A DNA stretch of 41,799 bases, from assembly GCA_002269645.1 (NCBI GenBank), contig NIVC01004568.1:1-41799 (forward strand). The letters run 5' to 3'. Every line of letters starts with the position of its first letter. Positions within the stretch are counted from its first letter, which is position 1. Source of the DNA: Macrostomum lignano (Eukaryota). This document shows, in pieces, positions 10,936 to 22,700 of the stretch. A program made the translations under genes and the position numbers. A model generated the notes under the pieces. It had not been told where the DNA came from, ran no database searches, and saw only the letters and a list, made by a program, of their open reading frames with translations.

Positions 10936-12280
10936 TGCATACAATATTATGTATTTAAAAATAAAAGATTTAAAATGAAATGAAAGAAACAAAAGAAATT
11001 AACAAAATGAATAATTTTTAGCATATAGTAAGCTATGCCTATATAGCAATTTAATTCAAAAAATTTCCTATAGAGATGGTATTAAAAAAGCTAAAAATAT
11101 ATTAATTTGCAAGTAAATTTAAAAATATTTAAAAGAACTTTAAAGTATATTAACTAGTAACTCATTATTTCCTTAAAGAGATACTATTGTCAATATAATT
11201 ATATTTTGAAATGCAATCTTAGGTATCCTCAGAAGAAAAAAGGCAATCTCTAATTGTTTGCCTTAATGCCTTTATTAAATTGTCTAGCTAAGATTATATT
11301 TGTATATCATATATTCCTATTAAACATAACCACTATCTATTTCTGTCTTTACTTTTTGGGGTTTCTCCTAGGCCCTAAGGTCCCTAGAAACATGTTCAAA
11401 TAGCAAAAAAATTAAAGACAATCATCAAGGCTTTGTTTTTATTTCTTTTGCTAGTTTTCTTAATTTTGCTTGTTTTTCAATACAACAATAGTACACAAAT
11501 AAGCTACACTGAATTTAACCAATGAATATGAGCAAAATGGATTAATTATTGTTTCTTTCATGAAAAAACTGTTATCTTATTATTTAAATATTTTTCACTC
11601 ATATTTAGGCTGTAAGGGGCCTACCTAGGCTAGATTGCACTTCTCTACTTGGAGTTCTCTACTTCTCTACTCTACTCTATCTTTTTACAGGACATGAAGT
11701 GTTTTGTAGCCATTTTTTCTTTTTTATGATTTATCTTATTGTTTGTCAAAATAACTTATAACTGATAATTGAAGTCACAAAAAGCAAAAAAAATATAGAA
11801 TATAATTCAAGAATTAAGACAATACAGACTTGACAAGACAGTCCCTCGTTATTTGCATGCTAACTGCATGTCGTTTTTTTACACGGTAACTAAAATAAAT
11901 GGTTACCATGCTTTTCCGTGCTTTTTGGTTACTTTTCGCTACGCGCATCCCAACTTGCTTTTTGGTGCCCCAATCTATGAGGCCTTACTTCAAAAGTTTT
12001 CTCATAGCATATAATCTATGCTGTATAATAGTCTTATGCAGCAACCTATTAACCTAACCTAACAAAAGCAATATTGATTTTGTTAAAGTGGCGCTCTATT
12101 TTTATTTTGGAAAATCTTCTGCTTGATCAAGCATTAGTTCTGTACAAGACGGTAGCAAAGCAAATCATACGTATGAAAAGGAAATAAAATCAGGAATTAA
12201 AAAACTTTTCGCACCGAATTTCATTTTAATTCGAGACTTTTAACATTTCAAAAAGTACACGTACGTCGTCGGCTCACCAA

Positions 12281-12339
12281 GATATAAATTAAGGACGACT
12301 TAAGTGGACTTATACTTAAAGTCGTCCTTGATATAAATT
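12281..12339. repeat. 39-bp hairpin (11-bp perfect arms AAGGACGACTT/AAGTCGTCCTT) flanked by 10-bp direct repeat GATATAAATT
   Basis: Direct repeats at 12281-12290 and 12330-12339; inverted arms at 12291-12301 and 12319-12329. Confidence 0.85.
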
Positions 12340-12978
12340 GAAATCAAATTTGAACCAGACAGACAAAAAATAAGATAGAAAAAGTTAAAACAAAAGGAGA
12401 CACTGGGAAAAAACAATACAATCAAAATATATAATTTTTTGATGCTTTTAAAATTAATTTGAAAATAAATCCTGAATCATATTAGAGAACTGATCGAATT
12501 AACAACAGCGACGACTTTATAGATCGAAGAAAAGAGAAGATAGTAAGCATGTGTGCATCAGTTGACGAATTCACTGTTAGTTATTTATTGGTGAGATGTT
12601 ATCACTTAAAGCGTTAGGTAGTCTGTTGTCTAAAAATATAATAAAGTAAAAAGTTTGATATATTAAATTTGTTATTTTTTACTTAAAATAATTCTAATTA
12701 TTTTGGAAACATAATTCAGTTTTTTCTATTATTTATATTTTAGTCTTATAGCTGTTGGTTAAGTAAATTTTCAAATACCCAGGTTCTGTAGACAGTAGAC
12801 CAGTTTTTTTGCAATACTACTAGATGGCCTATTCTAATGTCATGTGATTCTAGACTTATTGTCCTTGTTCTAGTTCCACTTGGTCTCATTTCTATTCTTT
12901 TTAATAATGGCATATTGATTGTTCAAAATCTCAATCTCTTGCCTAGTGTCTGGTGATTCCTTTCCAATCCACATATAT

Positions 12979-13479
12979 GCACAACCTTGGGAATCACCTG
13001 GCGGTTTCTATTGGCAACACACACATGTAAGTCGCTATTGGCTGAGAGCAGTCACGTGACTACTATTCTGTCTGTGACGTTGTCACTTTAAGTAGCCCCG
13101 CAAGTGCCGTTTTGACATACGGTACCAATCTTTAATATTACTAGTTCCGTTCTCTCACGTTTGCTTAAAGTAGTGCCCTAAGAATTTTAATCAGCTGCGT
13201 ACATTTGTAAAGTCTGCGTACAGCGCGCGATCGATAATTTCTGTTCCTGTTTTTCTCAGCCGGCCAATAGAAAAACCAAGCCTGCAGCCATTGATTGCAT
13301 TAACATTAACTTTAACTGATATTACGGCCAAGTGCTACCGCTACAAATTTGCCTCTGCCGCATTCATTTGCCTCGCTTATTCTCGAGGCCGCCACACTAG
13401 TATCGTCACACTGTCCAATAGCAACAATTACATGTGTGTGTTGCCAATAGAAACGACCAGGTGAATCCCTAGGTTGCGC
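12979..13479. mobile_element. MITE-like element, about 500 bp, with about 63-bp imperfect terminal inverted repeats
   Basis: GCACAACCTTGGGAATCACCTGGCGGTTTCTATTGGCAACACACACATGTAA... (from 12979) is the near reverse complement of 13416-13479, with a perfect 27-bp core. No clear TSD. Confidence 0.75.
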
Positions 13480-14449
13480 CCAAGCATACCAATCCAGATA
13501 CATGTAAATGAGACAGAGGCTTGTGGGCAGCATAGGTTTAAAATCCCTCTGAGCTATTACTCATTGCTAGTAAACTTGTTGGAGCTGCTTGTTCAAGTGC
13601 CCGGAGCAGCTAGTGGTTGGAGCATTAGGCTGGATGCTGTGCATTCTAGCTCAGTATAGCGACTGCTTTGCACTGTTTCTCTACAGATATTCTGTATTGA
13701 GCTAGAGCTGCACTAGTAGTACACGTGCACAGTGCAAAATCTGAAATCATATGGCTAGCTCTAAAGCTGCTCCTACACCAGAGAAATTTGGAGACCGCAT
13801 GGTCCATCCTCCATTGGCACCAACCTGAGCTTCTGCGCTAGCTGACTATGTGGGATTCCCAGGCATTTAGACTGCCTGCCTCTTACATGTAGTAGGTCTA
13901 CAGTGTGGGGTCAGGGAACCATACTACCTCTACAACCTGGGTGTGTTCAAGTACAAGTTGGAGACCCACATGGCCTTGTGCAGCAGTGTGCCAGTACTGT
14001 ACGCCCATGGTTTAGATTGCACTGTGGCAACCATCCAGCACAATGCCAAAGAGACCTAGATCGATGTTGAAGGCCTTAACATGTGCTGGATGAGAGAGTC
14101 TTGCGTTTTCGATCTCTTTCTCATGGCGGCCCAACCCACTGTCCCCATAGGTAGATCCACTTGGTTGGCATGACCCCGCTGCTGCCGCTGTTCGCGCAGG
14201 CTACCACCAGAGCAGGTGGAACTTTCAGGATGAGGCCAATCCACCACAGTTGGTGACGAATTTGATGGGAATCTGACTCCCAATCTTAATCCCAGTCAGC
14301 CTGGAACCCCAGCTTACCGAGTCCTGACCCCGAAGCTACTGGCCCAAATCCCCAGAGCTGATGAGTCCCGATCCTGAAATAGCCAGTTTAAATTTTATGA
14401 ACTCCGCCGCAATTCTGTATCGTTCATACGTATACCTTACCTCGTGGCC

Positions 14450-15200
14450 TACTGGTATAAATTATGATCCCGCACAAGCTCTCGCACAACACAAATGGAA
14501 AATGTGCTTCAGGTGGGATATGGCCGAGTTTCCAATCCTCAGCGCCTCATCAACCTGTTGGAGGAGTGGCCGCGGAGACGATCGTCCATCCGCATGTGAA
14601 GGTTGGCGCCTGGTCTGTCTACCAGGAGGTCAGGGACCGCAGTTGGGCGGTGAAACGTCCCAATGGTGAAGCTTTCGAAGGCTGTTGTTGGCCTAGCACC
14701 TTTGCATGGCCCGACTTTCAGAGCCGGTGTGCGCTGGTGAATGTTATGCAGATGCAGTTTTGTGGCTTGACTTGCACTGTGCTGATGTGCGTACGTGAAT
14801 GTCGCTGGGCGCCTCTCCGGTGTTCATGCGTGCTGGCTCCATTGTGCCCAGGCGCAGTTGGCGCCAGGCAGTTCGTCGCTGTACTTGAACGATGGCCACA
14901 GCCTGAGTTGCGACGGCAGCCAAAGCGACTCCATCCTGCTAGATTTTAGCTTCTCGGGCGGGACGCTGACCAGCCGCGGCAGCGTGGCGGGCTTTATCTC
15001 CAATATCGCCTTTGTGGGCGTCCTTGGCCGCTTGCCGGCGTCCGCCTCCTCCGGGCTTGGCGTCACAAACTGCGGATCTCCGACACGATGCCCAACACCG
15101 AGTGACCGTGACCATTTCGCAGGCTCAGGAACGCGGCTGCTTCCCGGCGGGCCTCCCAGGAGCTGGGACGAGCTGTGAAGAGCAGGCGCCCTTTTTGCAC
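14450..15200 (-). mobile_element. Possible highly decayed non-LTR element 5' region (GC-rich)
   Basis: Only short peptide echoes: LKVG, GWTIVSAA (RTE endonuclease-like) and VDEALRIGNSAISHLK (post-RT-like). Too weak to classify. Confidence 0.25.
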
Positions 15201-15409
15201 TTGGCAGTCCTGTATTTTTGGGAATTTCTGTTGCATTCGATCCTCATTACCATCTTCTTACAATACTTGTATGCCTATTTATTTAGCATATCATTCATAC
15301 CAAGATATTTATTTTTGTTTTGCTATTGTCTACTAGTATTGTCTATTATTTGGTTTGAATTAAACATAATAATCGTACCCTTTATCTCAGCATGATAGTG
15401 GTAGCGCGT

Positions 15410-16062
15410 TGATGCACTGGCGGGTTGTGCATGATTGTTGTAGAGAGGTGATGCACTGGCGGGTTGTGCATGGTTGCAGAGAGGTGATGCACTGGCGGGT
15501 TGTGCATAGTTGTAGAGAGGTGATGCACTGGCGGGTTGTGCATAGTGGTAGAGAGGTGATGCACTGGCTGGTTGTGCATGATTGTTGTAGAGAGGTGATT
15601 GTTGTAGAGCACTGGCTGGTTGTGCATGATTGTTGTAGAGAGGTGATGCACTGGCGGGTTGTGCATAGTTGTTGTAGAGAGGTGATGCACTGGCTGGTTG
15701 TGCATGATTGTTGCAGAGAGGTGATGCACTGGCGGGTTGTGCATAATTGTTGTAGAGAGGTGATGCACTGGCGGGTTGTGCATGATTGTTGTAGAGAGGT
15801 GATGCACTGGCGGGTTGTGCATATTGTTGCAGAGTGGTGATGCACTGGCGGGTTGTGCATAGTTGTAGAGAGGTGATGCACTGGCGGGTGGTGCATAATT
15901 GTTGCAGAGAGGTGATGCACTGGCGGGTTGTGCATAGTTGTAGAGAGGTGATGCACTGGCGGGTGGTGCATAATTGTTGCAGAGAGGTGATGCACTGGCG
16001 GGTTGTGCATAGTGGTAGAGAGGTGATGCACTGGTGGTTGTGCAAATTGTTGTAGAGAGTTG
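15410..16062. repeat. Minisatellite, about 17 units of 36/39 bp (GATGCACTGGCGGGTTGTGCAT...TTGTAGAGAGGT)
   Basis: Units counted directly: mostly 36 or 39 bp, plus one 48, one 38 and one 37. This repeat explains the overlapping repetitive ORFs in the track. Confidence 0.97.
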
Positions 16063-16201
16063 ATGAACTGACGAGCATGCAGTGATGCAGCAACAAAGGC
16101 TTGCATTTCACCTGATTGCACCTGAGCGGGTGATCCCTTTTAGTTTTGTGCAAAATGCAAATTCAATTAACGTTTGTGGTCATGGTCTGATAAGAGTCTT
16201 C

Positions 16202-16329
16202 TTTGCTTAGTGGTCATGTTCTTCTTTGCTGAGTTTATTTCGTTGCCTTTCCCAGGAATAAAAGGTTTGCTTAGTGGTCATGTTCTTCTTTGCTGAGTTT
16301 ATTTCGTTGCCTTTCCCAGGAATAAAAGG
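16202..16329. repeat. Perfect 64-bp tandem duplication
   Basis: TTTGCTTAGTGG...CCCAGGAATAAAAGG occurs at 16202-16265 and 16266-16329. Confidence 0.95.
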
Positions 16330-16650
16330 TATCCTTATTTAGCTAAAACACGCAAATTAGCTTCCATGAATTTTGGATTTTTGATTTTTGGATTTTTGAC
16401 TTTTATCAATTTTATCAACCTTATGCCTCAACCTACGAGTGTGCAGGCTTAAATTTAGTTTTGAGCTCTTATAAATCTTAATAGCCAAGGTTTAAAAGGG
16501 CTGCTTGCCCTTTACCGGGCAAGCACTTTGCTATTTACCGGTGGTTCTGTGGTAGCCGGTATGCAAAAATTTCGTTCTCAATTTATGCTTGTTAACCCTA
16601 GCGGTGCAATAAGAACGGGCTTTAATGGAGCATTGAAAACATTAGTTTAA

Positions 16651-17788
<1,138 letters not shown>

Positions 17789-18094
17789 TTAAATCGGATT
17801 TTTTTATTCTGGGACGGAACTTCTCAATCATATTTTTAGCTCTCAAAGGCCAACAATTTGCTGCCTTTCCGAGGCCCCAAAGTGTGGTACCAAACCGCCT
17901 GTGGCTCGCTTTAGATTCCTGAGTTCCTCATCTATCACCAGCCTGAAAGATCTTGCCACCTACACGGAGAGGGTGTTCGTAATCGAAGGATGTTCCCAGA
18001 AATAACACAATAAAGACTGTAGCAAGCGTTGCTTTTGTGCTTTTTTATACTAGCATTCTTCTCTTTATTAGACGGCCCAGTGCCCTCTTGTTAG

Positions 18095-18315
18095 CAGTGG
18101 CGGCGCAGCACCTCCAATTAGGGGGGGGGGCAGTGTTTGGTGGTCACCGCCTCCCCAGCCAATGTTTAGAATTAGAGCAGCGCATCATGCTAACAGTTAA
18201 AATCTCACAAAGATGCATATAAAGATCTTGTAGGAAAAATTATTGTGGGTAACCCCATGATAGGGTGGTCACCCCCAGCAACAGCCCCCTGTGCCCCCCA
18301 TCTGCGCCGCCACAG
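18095..18315. mobile_element. hAT-type MITE, 221 bp, with perfect 8-bp TSD
   Basis: TIRs CAGTGGCGGCGCAG (18095) and CTGCGCCGCCACAG (ends 18315; 1 mismatch). TSD CTTGTTAG at 18087-18094 and 18316-18323. An 8-bp TSD is characteristic of the hAT superfamily. Confidence 0.88.
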
Positions 18316-19787
18316 CTTGTTAGCGTATTGCGAAACGTATATTGTATTGCGATAGCCATTTATAATTTTCATTTAGTCTTTTTTTGCATTCAGGCGGCTT
18401 TTGCCTTTAGAGAATCTCTTTTCCTTCTGAGCAACCGATTAATTTGCTTTGCGTTTTGCCTGAATTTTTCCTTATTGCCGGTCTCGGCTGCTGGCTGCTG
18501 AACTTGGTGGCGGGAGCTTTGCCATAGCCCACAAATCGATGAATTCAACTAAAATTTGTTGAACTCAAGGAAAAAGTGGGCTGAAAGGTCAACACTTGCT
18601 CGCCCTTGTTGCCACTGCCACAGCAGCATCCGATGCTTCTTATCTGAAAGTTTTGTTCGCGCCGTATATTGATGCACTTTTGTGTCACTGATTTTTGCTG
18701 TCCTTGGAATTAAAGTTAAAAAGTACAAAAAACTGCAAAGTCCTTTTAGATTTGTGCAAACAGAGTGGGACGTGACAGCTGCAGTTTCAGCTGCAGACTT
18801 GACTTTATTCGGACACTGACAGCGTTTGCTAATTGGCCTTCACAGGCTCTATTCTGTATATTCTGTGGGCTTGTGTGCCATCAAGTGAGCACATTTTAGA
18901 GAATACGATAATTCTAGTTCACTAGTTCTATGGGCCGCTACAAAAGCTGAAATAAAATATTTATTTGCTTAGAGTGTGGGTGAGATAAGCGCCAATGATG
19001 AAAAAAGGTTATAAGCATTGTCTGAGAACATCCTACAGGGCCTACTGTGCTCTCAGTGTACCACATTTATTGCATTGCGCATTGAGGAACAAGAGTGATG
19101 CTTTGATATCCAGCCTTTGTAAGAGCGAGTGGGTTGTGCGAGAAGTACTGACAGCAAGTAGAGGAAACTACAAACATTTACATGCATGCAGCAAAGCATC
19201 ATTGATGGGCTGGATTAGTGCATCTTCGTGCGATGACATTGTGAATTAATTAATCATCATGTCCGCATTCAGAAAAGTAGCTCGTGTTGCAACTCGGATA
19301 ATACGTAATTTTACAAAAATCAGTAACTTTCGCTAATTAGTTGTTTCCTTATACTGTAGCCGTGCTTGTGCTGTAGAAAATATACTACTCATGCAGTAGT
19401 AATGAAGCGGTGTGCTTCCCTGCTGCTACGAGTGAATGTACGTTAAGGGTTTTGTAAGTGCTCGAATCACAAAATCAACAGATGCTAACTGCTCATTTGC
19501 TGGAGATCGGGGAATTGCATGTACATTTTTAAAGACTATAAATTGATCGTATTACTGCATGCTTTGTATCATCGAACCAGAGCTGTGTGAAAATTCAGAA
19601 GCGGATCGAATACTAGATAAGCAAACGCCATGGAAATCATGCAGCTACTCTAGCTATAGCTATCTGAACTCGAGCAAGCAGAACTAAAATAAAATGGACA
19701 GAATTCCAACCAGAAGCTGACAATAATATCGACGACAATTAGCTTAAAGTATTTATAGTTTGCGTTGCACTACTGGGAGCAATGAAG

Positions 19788-22700
19788 TCAGTAAGAGTAC
19801 TGGCCCTGCTGCTGCGGCTGCTGTACGTAGCTGGGCACCGTCCCAAACTCCGGCTGGTGGAAATTCTGCGTGAAAAACTCGTTCTGATCGAGACTCTTGT
19901 CTCCACCACCTGCGCTCTCCGGCTCGCCGTTGCTAAATTTCGTCACTTGGGGCGGCGGCGGCACCGGTGGAGGTGGCGGCTTCCTGGCAGTCTGGTCAGT
20001 GCCGGCCTCTGCAGCCTCCTCGGCCCAAGACTGCTTCTCCCCACTGGCGAACACGCCGTAGAATATGACCCCGACGAAATGGATCAGCGAGGCGATCAGG
20101 AAAACTTTTGACCACGACTGTTGAGACTGAAGAAGATGGTGGGAGTACTAGGTTGCTAGACTGGAGATCTGTGAGACTAGAGATCTGTGAGACTTTCAGC
20201 TCATGAGACCGCTTCTTCTGCTCTGCGTTGACTTATGCTAGTGGTGTCTACGAATTCATCCTCGAAGAACTTCTGTACATAGTTTTTATGTCATGTAGAC
20301 ACAAACTTTTAATCTACATGTATGAGCTGATTTGCAGATGGCGCTCACCCTGTCGCGGACCAAGTTGACGGTGACCACCGGTACCAGCATGCCGGAGAAA
20401 GTACCAATTCCGTTCGACAGGCCCATTAGGATGCTGGCATAGCGAGGCGCGATGTCCAAATGATTCACGTTGTAGCCTGAGTGGTATGCAAGGAAGCGTA
20501 ATTAAAAATCTAAATCGAATATACGTGTAGTTCTAAAGGCCCTTTGCCAAATTCTCAGTCAAACTGAATGACGTACCGGAAATCGCAAAGCCGCTGAAGC
20601 CGACTGCAATGATGAGGCAGATGATGGCAGACGTGGACTCCTTGGAATATCCTACGCCCAGAAGAAAGATCGCCTCCATGCCAAAGCCTGCGAGATGGCC
20701 GTGTTGACTCAGTTTAGTTCAATTAGAGTAAAATTAAGCATTCGGTCAGTTCAGGAAAATGACTTGTGGCTTTTTCCTTTATGGTCAACGAAGCCCGCCT
20801 TGTTGTTTTGAAGATTTCAAGAGCTTCATTGAATCGTCGGAATTTCAACGTGAAATTTAAATCGCCATCTTCAAAGACTGTAGGCTGATGCAAATCCAAC
20901 ATGGGCAGAACTGGCCCGTCGCCAGAGCTCCATGAATGAAGCTGGGAAAGCTGGACACTCGGGATTTAATTAAGCACGAAGCACAACACAAACAGGCACC
21001 GGCGCAGTCGCCCCTTTGTGAGCTGAGCTGCGGCGCTGCCCCTCCTACGCGAGCCTTTTGTGTTCCGGAGATTTCCGCGAGCTTTTGCGACTCTGCCGGG
21101 CGTGCTTGAGTTGGGGAAGGAGAGATTTATCCCCTCGCTGCGCTGGCGCTGCAGAACTCTGGATTAGATTCCTTGGCGATCCGGCCCGGACCTCTCCGAC
21201 TGTTGATGCAGCAGTGCGTGCTCATTATTAGCCAGAATCTTTTCACTGCCCTTTGCTGGCTCAGCAACTTCCTGCCCCGAGAGCTACGCATGAGCGGCTT
21301 GTCGGCCCGACTTTATGGACTCAAAATCTGCTCGGAGCTCACCGGGAAAGCCTTTGTGATCCAGCTACAGCGGCAGCGGAGCTTTCAGTCTTTCGGCATC
21401 GCTGAGTGAGCTGAAAACCACTGGGCTTCTGAAATCTCAATTCAAAGCCTCCCTTCTTTAGACGGTGAAAATCTGATCTGAAAATGGGGGCGGATCGTAG
21501 TTTCCCAGCTGCAGTTAAAATCATGAGGCTTACCGCCGCAGTTGAAAATCTTCCTCACTACCGTGGTGGTCAGCAGCTTCTTGCGCAGTCGATCGGCAAG
21601 CTGCCCGCCCAGCGGCACGATGGTCGCCATCACCAGATGAGGCAGGGCGGAGAACACACCGCTCTATTGAATCAAATCGAATGAAATTGAGCTGCGAGAT
21701 TCCTTTCACGCTCGTATGGAGCTCACTCACTCATTCATTGACATTGATCTGGCTTTACGAAGCTTGTTCGGAACACTATCTTCTCGATTTTTTACCTCCA
21801 AATTCAACTTCCTTTGCTGTCCTAGAATGAGAAGTGCAGCATTAGTGCTGCTCCATCACCTCAGCCAACTGTAACTGCAGAAGCAAACAACTGCAGGGCC
21901 TGTGACCCCGTCTAACTTCACAATTCCAGCGGTTGTTCTATTCTGCATGTCTTTCAATCTTCACCTTAATTAACTTGAATAATAACTTACCTCAGTCATG
22001 TCGTAGTTGTGCACATCCCGAAAGTACTTTGTCTGCTCTGTGATGAGCAGGTAGAAGGACCAGCTGCGAGCAAAGTTCGCCACGATGATCGCGTAAACAG
22101 GCATGGAGGTGAAGAACTTGCGCCATGGGATTCGCATACTCTGCAGTGGGGGGGGGGGGGGGCGGACTTTTCAGTCAGTCCGATTTGGGGGGTTCCGTCA
22201 CCCAGCTAAGTTTTCAAATGCAATGGAGCCGCGGTGTCTCTGCCTCTCTGAGGCTCTCTGAATAGGCCCTCGGGACGGAGAGCAACTTACTCACCATTCA
22301 ACTTTCAAACTGTGCGTGATAAGGTAAACTGAAATATGAGCTTGTTCCAGGTTAGAATTAATTAGCACTGGCTAAGATGACATTTTCTGAAAAGGGTTAC
22401 GGAAAACCTGGCTGCTAAATCTGGAAATTAAAGTCCCTCCCCAAATTTCTGCAATCATTTTGCCGTCACTAAGAAAAGTTTACCCCGGAGATGCGCGGAC
22501 GATTTCACCTAAGTGTCGGCGTTTCTGTTTTCACTGCCCGCTAGAAATTGCGGGTCAATTGGGACTCTAGGAAATTCTTTAGGCAATGCAGTTCCCAAAA
22601 CCTGCGTGGCCAAAAATTCTCCAGTCTCATTTCTCAGAGAAAAGTCTTTCACATCAAACTGACAGCCCTCACCTTGTCGGACTGAGTCGACAGCTCTCCG

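Noticed and set aside
6566-12132. Same 12-bp palindrome GCTTGATCAAGC at 6566-6577 and 12121-12132
   Set aside because: Flanks are unrelated, and two occurrences are compatible with chance.
10940-12270. Very AT-rich tract of about 1.3 kb
   Set aside because: No ORF, TIR pair or periodicity I could support; treated as intergenic.
14355-14390. CTGATGAGTCCCGATCCTGAAA, hammerhead-like core with GAAA
   Set aside because: The intervening bases cannot form stem II, and I found no matching stem I/III with a UH cleavage site.
16502-16525. 9-bp GC-rich hairpin TGCTTGCCC/GGGCAAGCA (Helitron 3' end?)
   Set aside because: No CTRR terminus follows at the expected distance.
19782-20111. 109-aa + strand ORF, and other antisense ORFs over VGLUT, TLCD5, K2P and TE coding regions
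   Set aside because: These are shadow ORFs opposite GC-rich coding sequence with no recognisable domains.
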